From IMG/VR virus record IMGVR_UViG_3300009184_000001, positions 30,441-94,440 of that record: DNA of 64,000 bases, one strand, 5' to 3'. Origin of the DNA: a virus. The stretch's first letter is position 1. Every line of letters starts with the position of its first letter. This document shows positions 45,438-55,464 of the stretch, piece after piece. A program made the position numbers and the translations under genes. A model generated the notes under the pieces. It made no database searches. It had not been told where the DNA came from and was given only the letters and a program-made list of their open reading frames with translations.

Positions 45438-45665
45438 CTATTTACCAGGGTTTACTTTAGACGCAGCAGGTGCCTCTGAAGTGGCGAACCCGTATCCAAA
45501 GAATGGGTGCAGTGTTTGGCGGTTGTCTAGAGTTTTTTCGTGACCATCGTGGTCCATAACCTCAGTGTCAGGGCGAACCTTACGGTACTTACCATCAGTT
45601 GCACCTTCGTCTAGGCTGGCATTCATTGAACGGCTAGTATTTACGGCCATTATTTCTTCCTTCAT
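45438..45665 (-). CDS. Hypothetical protein
   Basis: Probable start MAVN. Confidence 0.6.
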   Translation of the reverse strand: MKEEIMAVNTSRSMNASLDEGATDGKYRKVRPDTEVMDHDGHEKTLDNRQTLHPFFGYGFATSEAPAASKVNPGK

Positions 45666-46020
45666 TCATGTCATTCGCAAAGTTATTTACGAATTCCTGT
45701 TGGTGCTCACCCATCTGGGATTGCAAAATATCTGTAGTTAAAGGGTAGTCTACCCTTTGACCCATTTCATCTCTTATATCAAACGATTTTGCTGCTTGAT
45801 TTAAGTGGTGCCCTGCGTCTGATAGTTCTAGCATAGCAGATGCGCTGTATGGTTGCTTATTATGCTCATTTTCAGAGGACTTAATAGCAGACATAGCATT
45901 CTTTAAATGTCCTGTTATGTTTTTTACATTTTCGTAACCCAAATTACGGCCATGTTCGCTTGCGTAATCCAACATATGGAAATACAAGTTTTTGGCTTTA
46001 TCAAATGACGGGTGAGACAT
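45634..46020 (-). CDS. Hypothetical helical protein
   Basis: 128-aa ORF. Confidence 0.6.
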   Translation of the reverse strand: MSHPSFDKAKNLYFHMLDYASEHGRNLGYENVKNITGHLKNAMSAIKSSENEHNKQPYSASAMLELSDAGHHLNQAAKSFDIRDEMGQRVDYPLTTDILQSQMGEHQQEFVNNFANDMNEGRNNGRKY

Positions 46021-46223
46021 TATACCATTTTTCTATTAATACGGTCCTGACGACGCTTTTCAGCGCAATCAGGGCAAATACCTAGTTTAGTGTACATATA
46101 TTCTACTGGATTCATAATTATACCACATGTTGGGCACGGGTGAGAACCTCGATAATTTACTGCATTCTTTGCTATTTGAAACGCTTGAAGTTCTAGCGTT
46201 AGAGAGCCATCTCCATCATCCAT
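46020..46223 (-). CDS. Small zinc-finger protein
   Basis: CPTC ... CPDC. Confidence 0.65.
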   Translation of the reverse strand: MDDGDGSLTLELQAFQIAKNAVNYRGSHPCPTCGIIMNPVEYMYTKLGICPDCAEKRRQDRINRKMV

Positions 46224-48043
46224 TATTTACCTGCACCACTACCATCTTCAAAATGAACTTTTAATCCACGTTTAGCAGCTACTGCTGATTCAACTGCAGG
46301 AGTAAGTTCCGTATCTGCAGCAACAGGAGCGCCAGATGTCATACGTCGTCTATTAGCTGTTGCAGGTGTTGCAGGAGTAATAGCCTCTTGTTGTTCCGCA
46401 GTATCTAGAGTTGCGCCAGTTTTTCTTGCGTTTTTAAGCTGTACTGCTTCTCTTTCAGGGGAAATTGTATCCGATTTGTCCGCAAAGTCCGTTGCTTTAG
46501 GATAAAATGCTTTTAAAGTTCCTTGGGTTGGAGATATACCTCTGCCCTTGTCTTTAAGGGTTGCTAAGTCCTCAGCAAAAATTCTTTGAGTAACAGGGCT
46601 TTTTAAGTCCAGTTTGTAATCTGTCCGTGCAGCCAATACCTCCGTCTTTACTTGAGGCTTTTTAGTTTTTAAACTAGGTAGCTCGCTAAAAGGGGATAGT
46701 TTAATAGGAGATTTTGTTGTTTTTGTTGATTCTATATACCCATGTGGGTCTAACGCAGGAGCGCTAGATTCAAAATCTTCTGGTCTTGCACCTTTATTAT
46801 TTGCTAACCAATGGGTTTTTACTTGGTTAAGAACGTGCCATTGTTCTGGATTCTGATGAGCAAGTGAGCCTACCCAAGATTTTTTAACGTAACTTTTTTT
46901 AGCATTTGCTGCAGAATCTGCATTACGTGCTTCATCAGCTTCAAAGTGTGGCTTTATAAGCTCTCTTGGGGCAGTAATAGAGTCATACCTGGTTATTCCT
47001 GTATCTTGTGCTTCTGAAGGACCTTGCCAATCTCCTGAGTCTGGTACTGCAAAAGTTGCACCAGTAGTAATAGCCTTTGACCTATTTCTAGAGTCTTTTT
47101 GGGCTGCAGCTCGTTCTGTTTTTCGTTGAGCAATTGCTTCTTTAGCTTCTGGAGTTAGAGGTACATATCTACCTAGGGCTTTAGTAATATAACTAGGCTG
47201 AAGTTCAGTATCATATTCTCTATTTAAAATGTTCTTAACTTCCGATGCAGCTTCTGGGTGTACTTTTCTAGCACCTACACCCATAGTTAAAGCATGGTTG
47301 ACATACCCATTTGTTGCTGCGGTTAACTTTGCCATTGAATCATAGTTAATTATAAATGGGCTTTTTTTGTCACCGTATCTAGAATCTTTAAACACTTCGT
47401 TGTACTCGCTTGAAGGTTTTCCTAGAGCTTCAGTGCTGTTAACGTGGCGAAGAGCAGCCGCTACACTATCAGAAGCATTAGTGAAATGTTCTGCAGCACT
47501 AATGTGGTCACCTGCATGGTGAGCTAACCAAGACTGAGTTAAACTCTTTTTAGCTTGAGACATTATAGTTCTGGCAGGAGTCATGCTATCGATTGTAGCA
47601 TTTGAAACTGACTTTGCTGTAGTGCTAGTTCTTGGGAGCTCATTTACTGTAACTCCAAGTTCCTTAGCTCTTAGCTCTTGCTCTTCTTTACGTGCTTTAT
47701 CTGAATCATAGGTAAGTTGACTAACTCTGTTATCAAAGTCACCAATAATACTAGCTAAAGCATTGTGGTAAGAAGTATTTTCACTAATTTTATTAGGGGC
47801 TTGTTCTTGAGGAACTAGTAACTCAGACTCTGAAGTAACTTTGTTACCTTCTAAAGAGTTAGAAAAATTAGATACGTTTTCTTTAAAGGAGGTTCTTTCC
47901 GCCTCAACCTTGGCCGTAGCAACTTTTTCTCTAACCTTTTTAGCGGTTTCTTTTTTAGACTCTGCTTTTTTAGTCTTTTTTGCGTTTGTTTTAGCTGCAA
48001 GGGCCTTGATAGCTGCTGGGGATAAATAGTTTCTTTCAGCCAT
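46223..48043 (-). CDS. Large low-complexity hypothetical protein
   Basis: 606-aa ORF, translationally coupled. Confidence 0.7.
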   Translation of the reverse strand: MAERNYLSPAAIKALAAKTNAKKTKKAESKKETAKKVREKVATAKVEAERTSFKENVSNFSNSLEGNKVTSESELLVPQEQAPNKISENTSYHNALASIIGDFDNRVSQLTYDSDKARKEEQELRAKELGVTVNELPRTSTTAKSVSNATIDSMTPARTIMSQAKKSLTQSWLAHHAGDHISAAEHFTNASDSVAAALRHVNSTEALGKPSSEYNEVFKDSRYGDKKSPFIINYDSMAKLTAATNGYVNHALTMGVGARKVHPEAASEVKNILNREYDTELQPSYITKALGRYVPLTPEAKEAIAQRKTERAAAQKDSRNRSKAITTGATFAVPDSGDWQGPSEAQDTGITRYDSITAPRELIKPHFEADEARNADSAANAKKSYVKKSWVGSLAHQNPEQWHVLNQVKTHWLANNKGARPEDFESSAPALDPHGYIESTKTTKSPIKLSPFSELPSLKTKKPQVKTEVLAARTDYKLDLKSPVTQRIFAEDLATLKDKGRGISPTQGTLKAFYPKATDFADKSDTISPEREAVQLKNARKTGATLDTAEQQEAITPATPATANRRRMTSGAPVAADTELTPAVESAVAAKRGLKVHFEDGSGAGK

Positions 48044-49830
48044 TATCTACTCCTTTTTTTCGGGTTACGGGCTGGAGTGTTTTCCTCGATAAGTTGAGAG
48101 GCAGCACGTTCAGCAGAAATTCTAAGAGTTTTTTCGTTTTCTAGTTCGTTAATTCTGGATTTAATAGCCCTTTCAGCTTCAATTTGCCTGTTGCTAATAG
48201 CAGCACGCTTTCTCTTAGGAAGAGTGTCCCAGTTTCTTGGCTTTTCTGTTGCAGGTTTTGCGGGCTTAGTAGCTTGTGGAAGAGGCTGTACAGGAGTGCG
48301 AACTGTTTGAACCATAGTGTGAGCAGGGGAAGAGCTTAGTTCTTTCCAAGTCATTGGCTTATTGTTTTCATCCATGTGAGGAACTTCGTAGCCATTTTTG
48401 TCAATAACTTTTAAACCAATGTGTTTTCCAAATTCAACAAATTTTCTGTCTTCAGCTTTAGGGAAAGGAATCTCGTTTCCTTTGTGTATAAGCTTCCTGG
48501 TTCCTGGGATAATTTTTCCAGTAACAGGGTCAGTATCATTTGCCACAAAAGCTCCTTGAGGAGCAGGGTTTGGGTGTACCGCAACCATAAGTCTATTAGT
48601 CTTCACAACATTTTCTGGGCTTCCAGTAACACTGGACTGTACTGCAGCACCTGACCCACCAAAACCAATTGCATCAAAAGGACGACCCATAGATGTGCTT
48701 ACGGCAGTTTGTGGACCTGCGTTTGTATCGCTCCACTCTTGTGAGCCTTTAACAGTTCCTGCTTGAGAGAACTTTAACATTTTTCTGACTACAGAAGGGT
48801 TTAGTCCTGCGTAAAGACCTCTAATAGATGGGTCCTTAGACATCATTCCTAGTCTTATTCTTGCTAGTTTTTCAAAAGTGTCTCGACTGTTTTCTACTTG
48901 AGACATCTCTCCTCGGCCAATTTTTAGGGTCTTGTTTAATTTACCTGCAGATTTTGCCATAGGGAATTCTACTAATGAATGAGCTCTGTCTTCATCAGTT
49001 ACACCAGTACCAATAGGTGGTTGTCCAGCTTTGGTAATATCAAATACTGAACTATGCATGACTCTGTTTGCGGTGTGCAGTGCGTCAGTTGCAGTACGCA
49101 TGTGGTTGTTAGCTTCTTCAACATTGTTTGACGCTTTAGCTTTTTTAGCTAAACCTAAATAGTATTCTGCTGTAGCTAAATGCGCTCCAGCATTTGCATG
49201 GCTGTCATAAGCTGGGTGGTCAACAAGCTCATTTCCTTTGCCGTCTGTAAGTTCGGCCCCAATATTGTCATGGTGGGTGTTTAATATAACTAAATTAGCT
49301 GCAGCATTTTGAAGTATTTGTCTTTGGCTTCTAGTAGCTTTTCCTGTTCCAGGTCCTTGCGGCATATTTTTGCGAAGCTTTGCTTCATATTCGCTACCTG
49401 CACCTGTACCAGATGATACTGGGCGTCTTTCTTTAACAAACTTCTCTGGGCGTACTGGTTGGTTAAACGCTTCTACTTTTTCATTTGCTATTGGGTTACC
49501 CTGTGCGTCGTGAGTTTCACCAATAATTGCTCCACCAAGACCAAGGAATCTGTTTCTTTTTCTTTGGGCATCTGCTGCGTGTGAGCCGGGATACTTTTCT
49601 TTAACTTCTCTAGGACTAACTGGGTCAAACTCGTCAGAAAATTTAGCTGGCTCTAGTTTTTTAGATACTGGGTTAAGAATTAAAGGACGCTTGACTCCCT
49701 CTTCGTCTACAATGTGTTGTAGTCCTGCAGCAGGAGCAGATTCTGGTGCTACACTATTTGGTTCACCGGCTACAGGAGCTCCTCCTGCACCACCGTGACC
49801 ATTACTAAATTCGCCTAAATTACCTGCCAT
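48043..49830 (-). CDS. Large low-complexity hypothetical protein
   Basis: 595-aa ORF, translationally coupled. Confidence 0.7.
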   Translation of the reverse strand: MAGNLGEFSNGHGGAGGAPVAGEPNSVAPESAPAAGLQHIVDEEGVKRPLILNPVSKKLEPAKFSDEFDPVSPREVKEKYPGSHAADAQRKRNRFLGLGGAIIGETHDAQGNPIANEKVEAFNQPVRPEKFVKERRPVSSGTGAGSEYEAKLRKNMPQGPGTGKATRSQRQILQNAAANLVILNTHHDNIGAELTDGKGNELVDHPAYDSHANAGAHLATAEYYLGLAKKAKASNNVEEANNHMRTATDALHTANRVMHSSVFDITKAGQPPIGTGVTDEDRAHSLVEFPMAKSAGKLNKTLKIGRGEMSQVENSRDTFEKLARIRLGMMSKDPSIRGLYAGLNPSVVRKMLKFSQAGTVKGSQEWSDTNAGPQTAVSTSMGRPFDAIGFGGSGAAVQSSVTGSPENVVKTNRLMVAVHPNPAPQGAFVANDTDPVTGKIIPGTRKLIHKGNEIPFPKAEDRKFVEFGKHIGLKVIDKNGYEVPHMDENNKPMTWKELSSSPAHTMVQTVRTPVQPLPQATKPAKPATEKPRNWDTLPKRKRAAISNRQIEAERAIKSRINELENEKTLRISAERAASQLIEENTPARNPKKRSR

Positions 49831-50168
49831 TAGTTATTTCCTAAATCATTTCTGCTTGAACCAGAGTAGCCGCCTACTCCGCCTGAATACCATGAAACTC
49901 TTGGTTCTGTATATATTCTATTAATACTTACAATATCATCTATACCTGGTTGCTGACGGTCCCCATACCCATATCTAGGTGGGAAAAGCTGAATCTGTGG
50001 CAATGGTGCTTTAACCATTTGCTGCAGGTTAGCTCCAGGAACTGTCATAACCATTAAAGCTTGTTGGGTAAGTCTTTCTTCATTACTTGCCCAAGGTCCA
50101 TTATACGACCATTTTGGCTGTTGTGGGGCCTGAGTCCAAGGTTTTGTATAATCATATCGGCCATCAAA
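49830..50168 (-). CDS. Hypothetical protein (probable start MSYS near 50180)
   Basis: ORF track 49830..50189; coupled to neighbours; exact start uncertain. Confidence 0.5.
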   Translation of the reverse strand, partial: FDGRYDYTKPWTQAPQQPKWSYNGPWASNEERLTQQALMVMTVPGANLQQMVKAPLPQIQLFPPRYGYGDRQQPGIDDIVSINRIYTEPRVSWYSGGVGGYSGSSRNDLGNN

Positions 50169-50179
50169 AGAGTACGACA

Positions 50180-50713
50180 TTACGCCCACCTTGGTTTTAG
50201 ATATGACATTCTGTTAGCTCTTTTAGCGTCAAACGCCATTGGAGAGTCTGAACGCATGTTAGACTTGCCGTCGTTTACTAGGTGAGGCGCAGGAACCAGC
50301 GACTGTTCTGGAGTAGCTCTAGGAATCATATAAACAAGGGCACCATTAATATTAACTTGTTTAGCTTTCATTTGGCGTTTTATACCTGATTGGTCGCTAA
50401 AATCTAGGCTCCAGTAATAGGCGTTAGGCTCAATTCGTTCACCTTTGTGAACACCACGCTGATACGCTTTTTGATTAACTCGGTTTTTAATTGAGTCAAG
50501 AAGGCGGTCATCACGTCTAGAACGGATTGTTCCTAAATAACCGTCAGGATATTCTGCTGAGGGAACGCGGCCTGTACCAATACGCATAGCGTCAAGGTCA
50601 CCACGTGCAACAGCACCACCATAGCCACCTTGATTGTTATAGCCGTTAAGACCATTGCCACCAATAGATTGCCAGTTTTGTTGTGGGCTAAAATTGTTTA
50701 CTCCACCAGCCAT
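50180..50713 (-). CDS. Hypothetical protein (YPDGYLGTI..RR.DRL motif)
   Basis: 177-aa ORF. Confidence 0.7.
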   Translation of the reverse strand: MAGGVNNFSPQQNWQSIGGNGLNGYNNQGGYGGAVARGDLDAMRIGTGRVPSAEYPDGYLGTIRSRRDDRLLDSIKNRVNQKAYQRGVHKGERIEPNAYYWSLDFSDQSGIKRQMKAKQVNINGALVYMIPRATPEQSLVPAPHLVNDGKSNMRSDSPMAFDAKRANRMSYLKPRWA

Positions 50714-50979
50714 TAGAATCCTGTATCTACGAGAGTTCCACGGTTACTCAGTTGGTAACCAGCCAATGAGCCTGGTCCACGATTAACGTCAGCAGATTCC
50801 CAAGTAATATTAGCAGAACCTGTGTTAGATTTCATAAGTGATTGAGTTCTTGTTCTACCTTCAAAATGGTGAACATCTGCAACATTCTGACTAACAGGAC
50901 TAATTATTTTAGCAAATTGACTTGCACTCATCTTAGGTGGGTTGGGGTGTGCCATACTTTGCATTACTGTTGACTCCAA
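50713..50979 (-). CDS. Hypothetical protein
   Basis: ORF coupled to neighbours. Confidence 0.55.
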   Translation of the reverse strand: MESTVMQSMAHPNPPKMSASQFAKIISPVSQNVADVHHFEGRTRTQSLMKSNTGSANITWESADVNRGPGSLAGYQLSNRGTLVDTGF

Positions 50980-51203
50980 GTTGTAGAGGCCATGGTTTTA
51001 GCACTATATGGTCGAACTTTTTGTCCAATACCTTTTGCATGACGAAAGTTTGAAGCCATATCTGCGTTATAGCTTCCCAAAGAAGATGCATTTAATGACA
51101 ACGGAGTAGGTGTGTAGGAGTTTGCGTCCATCATTCCGCGTGCACCAGGGTCGCTATCGACCTGTACATTATTAAACTGACCCGCTGCTAAAGCATCGTT
51201 CAT
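50964..51203 (-). CDS. Hypothetical protein
   Basis: GAGG RBS. Confidence 0.55.
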   Translation of the reverse strand: MNDALAAGQFNNVQVDSDPGARGMMDANSYTPTPLSLNASSLGSYNADMASNFRHAKGIGQKVRPYSAKTMASTTWSQQ

Positions 51204-51212
51204 TTTAACCTC

Positions 51213-51647
51213 TTATAGGTAAGACTGGCCTTCAGCGTCCTGGAATGAACCATTGACGCCGGCAACAGAAGGTACAATTCTAGCACTTGCCATTGTTGGA
51301 CCAGCTGATGGGTCTAACTGAACAAAAGTAGTCTTTGGAGTAATGCGGTAAGTTGCACCAGTCTTCTCAATGTTCTGACGGTTCTGCTTAGTACCTGCAG
51401 CAGTTGGGTCCATTGCCTGAGTGTTCTTCTTAGGCATTAGGGTTCCAACAAGTGCCGGTGCTGCAGTTACCTTGTAGGCATCCATGCCCATAGGTACTCT
51501 GTGACTACCTGCCATTGCTGCATCTTGCATAGCTTCGTGGTGAGTTTGGTGTGAACGTGACATGCTGTTTCCTAACGATTCTAGATAGTTTGATGGTTCA
51601 CCGGTACGACGTCTCATACCATGGCCCATTGATGACTTAGTTGCCAT
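51213..51647 (-). CDS. Hypothetical protein
   Basis: AAGGAG RBS. Confidence 0.65.
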   Translation of the reverse strand: MATKSSMGHGMRRRTGEPSNYLESLGNSMSRSHQTHHEAMQDAAMAGSHRVPMGMDAYKVTAAPALVGTLMPKKNTQAMDPTAAGTKQNRQNIEKTGATYRITPKTTFVQLDPSAGPTMASARIVPSVAGVNGSFQDAEGQSYL

Positions 51648-51662
51648 TGGAGCTCCTTAAAA

Positions 51663-51956
51663 TTAACTTGCTGATATTGCGAATACTATTGCAGAGATTT
51701 CGCCATCTCTTGATTCAATAGTAGTAAATCCAGGCTTGCATGTCAGGTCTAAACCACGTGGTGCTACATATCCACGTGCAATAGCGATTGATTTTACTGC
51801 CTGGTTAACTGCTCCAGCACCTACAGCACGAAGCTTTACAGCTTTGTTTTCATAGATAGCGTGGGCGATTGCCGATGCTACGGATTGTGGGTTTGACCCA
51901 GCTGAAACTCGAAGAAAGGGTTCTTCGGTTGATGGGACGACTAATTCTTCACTCAT
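51663..51956 (-). CDS. spoVS: SpoVS family protein (Alba-like fold)
   Basis: LRVS..SNP.SVA.AIA....AVGAGAVNQAVK.IAIARGY.AP.G.DL.C.P.F......EISAI. Confidence 0.92.
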   Translation of the reverse strand: MSEELVVPSTEEPFLRVSAGSNPQSVASAIAHAIYENKAVKLRAVGAGAVNQAVKSIAIARGYVAPRGLDLTCKPGFTTIESRDGEISAIVFAISAS

Positions 51957-52011
51957 TTGTATTCCTTGGGTGTACGGGTTGTATGCCATCCTCATATTAA
52001 GATTACAGGTT

Positions 52012-52584
52012 TTACTCTATAAAATCCCTGTATTTGTCGTCTTTTATTTTTTCTTGGGTTTCTCGCTCAATAGCATCAATTGCTGACCCTGAGGCCAGTC
52101 TAGCTAGAGCATACGCATCTGCGGCGTTATCATCATTAAATTCTACTCCCCAACGTTTGTACATCTGTAGAAGCATTTCTTGCTTCTTGGCAGTACCTTT
52201 GCCTGTAGCATACTTTTTAAGTGTCATTGGGGGTATTTGAAGAGGAGGTTCAGGAAGTCTATACCAAAGTACTAGCTTTACTATAGCGGCTAGTTCTCCC
52301 AAAGCCAGGGCAGAATGGGAAGCTAAAACAGTGCCTTCCATTGCTGAGTCTTTAATAGTCCAGCCATGATATTGAAATTCAAATATTTTGCCATCAAGCC
52401 AGTTGTAGATATCAACAAGGCGTTGAATACCTCGGTACTCGGATTTTGCAACCCAAGTCATATGCAGATTAGGGAACTCAACAGACACCACCGAGAGAGC
52501 GAACCCTGTTAGTGATTGGTCAATACCTATAGTTACTTCTTGGTTGCCTGGGAGGAGGCCTCCATCAAATTCCTTAATCTTCAT
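52012..52584 (-). CDS. ruvC: RuvC-like Holliday junction resolvase
   Basis: IGIDQSLT, AMEG, PP.TLKKYATGKG.AKK, DN.ADAY.LA. Confidence 0.85.
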   Translation of the reverse strand: MKIKEFDGGLLPGNQEVTIGIDQSLTGFALSVVSVEFPNLHMTWVAKSEYRGIQRLVDIYNWLDGKIFEFQYHGWTIKDSAMEGTVLASHSALALGELAAIVKLVLWYRLPEPPLQIPPMTLKKYATGKGTAKKQEMLLQMYKRWGVEFNDDNAADAYALARLASGSAIDAIERETQEKIKDDKYRDFIE

Positions 52585-52591
52585 TATATAC

Positions 52592-53023
52592 CTAGTCCGT
52601 AGACTTCCACATCTTTAAATATTTCATTAGGCCTTTCATAGAAACTAGTAGCCCTAGGCTAGCAGCAGAATGTGCGTTAGAAATGGGCTGTGAGCTCTTT
52701 GGAGGCTCTACAAGGTCGATATACTTACGTAGCGCTTCTGTCTTAATTAAGAGCACAGCGGTACCATCAGGGGACGCCTGAGCCCACCATTTAGACTCTG
52801 TACCGTTAATTCCTGAAGGAACTGCATCCTCTACTTTGCCATCACGATACTTATGAGTTTCAACGTAAATGTTCCCAGTAATGTTAGTTTTATAGTCCGT
52901 TTTGACTTCAATAGTTACATTAGGGTCCTTGCTGTCTTCAAACAGTAAATCTAGTAGTTGTTCACCTACTTCACCACGTTCCATGTCGCGGTCAAAACGT
53001 GGTTCAAATCCTTGTGCTTTCAT
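52592..53023 (-). CDS. PD-(D/E)xK nuclease-like protein
   Basis: GE.GE...IEVKTD....TGNIYVE...PSGI..T. Confidence 0.6.
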   Translation of the reverse strand: MKAQGFEPRFDRDMERGEVGEQLLDLLFEDSKDPNVTIEVKTDYKTNITGNIYVETHKYRDGKVEDAVPSGINGTESKWWAQASPDGTAVLLIKTEALRKYIDLVEPPKSSQPISNAHSAASLGLLVSMKGLMKYLKMWKSTD

Positions 53024-53110
53024 TATTTATCTCCTAATTTGTCAATTAATTTCATAGCTAACTTCATACTTACATACCCAATAACTAGCCCTATTACAAT
53101 TACTACTGCA

Positions 53111-53515
53111 CTATTCATTTGGCCACTCTCCATCTAATACTAGCATTGCAATAATAGCATAGTTAGCCATGTCCAAGAATGAGTCACGTAAACTTTCATT
53201 CTCAGGTCTAGCCTTGTTGTCAATCAAATGGTTGATGCGAGCAAACTTATCCCACATACGAACACGCAAACCGTTCAGTGGTCCACCTGGACTATGTGCA
53301 ATATTTTTTGGTCCATAGTCTTTGTGCTTGCTAAGAAGTACGTGCTTTGCATGTTGAAACTTCTGTTGAACAGCCTCTTCAAACTTTGTGTTTAAACCAT
53401 TTTTACGAATTTCTTCTTTCATAAATTCTGGTAACTCTTCAAATTTTCCCATATTATCTTCTTCTTCTAGTTTTTCTGTATGCATGTCTGTGTACAGTTC
53501 CTTCATATATCCCAT
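53111..53515 (-). CDS. Nucleotide-modification-associated domain protein (DUF1599/Nmad1-like)
   Basis: KHKDYG..NI...GLRVRMWDK.ARI.HL...ESLRDSF.D.ANY.II. Confidence 0.75.
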   Translation of the reverse strand: MGYMKELYTDMHTEKLEEEDNMGKFEELPEFMKEEIRKNGLNTKFEEAVQQKFQHAKHVLLSKHKDYGPKNIAHSPGGPLNGLRVRMWDKFARINHLIDNKARPENESLRDSFLDMANYAIIAMLVLDGEWPNE

Positions 53516-53961
53516 TATATATTCCTCCTATAATCATTAGAACGACGTGTGATTTCACGGCTAACCAAGGATAGGTCACGCTCGTGATTTGTAAGTAGCA
53601 TTTCAACTAACTTACGATAAGCATACTTCTCTTCATAATCGTTGTCAAGTTGCACAATCTCTGTATTAATAGAGACTTCTGCTTTGATAGCTGTGATACG
53701 CTCACCCTTTGCCTGAGAACCCATACGCCTAATTAGCATAGTGTTTTCAGTAAAGTCTTTCTTCTTAAGGGCTCCACGTTCTTCCAGTTGAGCCATGGTT
53801 AACTGAGAGTTAATATAATCAGTCCAAGCAGTTAGGCGAGTAAAGAGTTCACCTAGCTCCTCTGAATCAAGTGTTGTTATATCTGACGGTAACCTTACCT
53901 GCTCACCTTCCGGCTTGTAGAAGGTAAGGCCCCAGTCTTTAAACTTCTCCATTGCACTCAT
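53515..53961 (-). CDS. Helical protein, UvsY-like recombination mediator candidate
   Basis: Coiled coil ending SREITRR, near RecA and the Cas4-like gene. Confidence 0.45.
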   Translation of the reverse strand: MSAMEKFKDWGLTFYKPEGEQVRLPSDITTLDSEELGELFTRLTAWTDYINSQLTMAQLEERGALKKKDFTENTMLIRRMGSQAKGERITAIKAEVSINTEIVQLDNDYEEKYAYRKLVEMLLTNHERDLSLVSREITRRSNDYRRNI

Positions 53962-54815
53962 TAGTCCTCCTTATATGGTGCACACTGCTTGCATGTTCCG
54001 CCAGGAACGTTATTACACTCTGGTGCAATACCAGCCTCTACGGCATCTACAACTAATTTAGCGTTGTCAAACACGTGACGTACAAGCTCGTAATCACGCT
54101 TAACACTAAACTCTTTATAATCTTGGTCAGCTTTGAGTTCATAAATAAATACAATCTCGTTTACATCGTGGCCCATACGTTGCATAAGTTCAAGGTAAAC
54201 CTGACCCTGCATAATGTGAGTAGGGAATGGGCGACGAACGTTCTTCCATGCCTCCATAAAGTTACCATCGGCATCCATAAACAAGTTAGGAGCTTCTGAG
54301 CGAATAGTTCCTGGACCAATAGATTTTATTTCAATTAGGGTATCGTCTCCAATACCTTTAATCCAGCCGTCAGTGTGACCAGCAATACGTAGTTCATCGT
54401 CAATAAGAGTAACTTCACGGTACTCTACAGTGTCACGTCCACAATTATCACAGGTAATTTTTCCAATGCCAAAATAAGAAAACCCACACCCGGTACAACC
54501 AAAGCGACCGTAAAGTACACCCATTTCCTGGAACCAACGTTGCCATTTAGCGTGGATTGTGTGGCCCTCGTCAAAAATAGACTGCAACCGTAGGTTAGGC
54601 TTTTCAGCAATTTTAGTGTGGCCACTTAGTAGGAAGAATCCTGCACGACGACAGTAATCCCTTTTAATAATTTCTGATGGGTGAAGTACAGTCGTACTAC
54701 GGTCACCCACAGGACGTGCCATGAGGTGACGTTCAATATCTCCCATTAAACGTGTTGGTTTCTTTTTTGCATCTAAGAACCTTGCAAGGTCTGATTTACT
54801 TGATGATACCGCCAT
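53961..54815 (-). CDS. Cas4-like PD-(D/E)xK exonuclease
   Basis: HPSE...C.R, G..IH, GHTDG...IEIKS, QGQVY, C-terminal C...CKQC. Confidence 0.85.
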   Translation of the reverse strand: MAVSSSKSDLARFLDAKKKPTRLMGDIERHLMARPVGDRSTTVLHPSEIIKRDYCRRAGFFLLSGHTKIAEKPNLRLQSIFDEGHTIHAKWQRWFQEMGVLYGRFGCTGCGFSYFGIGKITCDNCGRDTVEYREVTLIDDELRIAGHTDGWIKGIGDDTLIEIKSIGPGTIRSEAPNLFMDADGNFMEAWKNVRRPFPTHIMQGQVYLELMQRMGHDVNEIVFIYELKADQDYKEFSVKRDYELVRHVFDNAKLVVDAVEAGIAPECNNVPGGTCKQCAPYKED

Positions 54816-55157
54816 TTACTTTTCCTTTTTATTTAATTGAAAGACATATTCTTTCAAGGTCATACTATCTTTATACTGCCTTTGCCATTTACGCACAAGT
54901 GCATTTCTTTCACGGTGACTTAACCCGCCCCATATTCCATGTTGCTCATCTGATTCTATTGCAGACCACAGACATTCTTTACGAACTGGGCAAGGTGGAA
55001 CTTCCCCGTCTACTCCAAAACAATATCTTTTTGCTGCATCTGCTGTTGGTTTATAAAGAGCTTTATCTCTCGGTGGAAAAAATATATCAGGGTTTGGTAT
55101 ATCTTTGCAAGCAGAATCATTAATCCACTCTAAATCATTTAGATTAAACGTTTGCAT
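54816..55157 (-). CDS. whiB: WhiB-family transcription factor
   Basis: W...AC...PDIFFP...AK.YC...CPV..ECL..A......GIWGGLS.RER. Confidence 0.92.
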   Translation of the reverse strand: MQTFNLNDLEWINDSACKDIPNPDIFFPPRDKALYKPTADAAKRYCFGVDGEVPPCPVRKECLWSAIESDEQHGIWGGLSHRERNALVRKWQRQYKDSMTLKEYVFQLNKKEK

Positions 55158-55464
55158 TAAGTTTATCCCATAATTCTAAGAAGTCCGTCTCCATTAGAAT
55201 GACATAATCTTTTCCATCTAAGTGAATTCCAAATACTGGAAGCCTACCATCCATAATAGCCTCATCGCTGATTTTCTTCAACTCTGCGGAGCTAATAGTT
55301 TTTGATTTCTTTCCTGTCCATTTATGCTCAATTAAAAGTGTGTCACTACGTACATCACCTTTACGGGACCAGAAGGCCCCAGAAGCAGCCGTGGTTTGCC
55401 CTCCTACAGCTTTAGCGAGGCGTTTCTCGTGCTTCTGGGACTGCTTCTGTCCTTCGCTTTTCAC
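55144..55464 (-). CDS. Holliday-junction-resolvase-like PD-(D/E)xK nuclease
   Basis: HEKR.AK..GG....SGA....KGDV.....LIEHK. Confidence 0.7.
   Translation of the reverse strand: MKSEGQKQSQKHEKRLAKAVGGQTTAASGAFWSRKGDVRSDTLLIEHKWTGKKSKTISSAELKKISDEAIMDGRLPVFGIHLDGKDYVILMETDFLELWDKLNANV

Noticed and set aside
53961-54815. CRISPR-Cas system suggested by the Cas4-like gene
   Set aside because: No repeat-spacer array or other cas genes; solo Cas4-like nucleases are common in phage recombination modules
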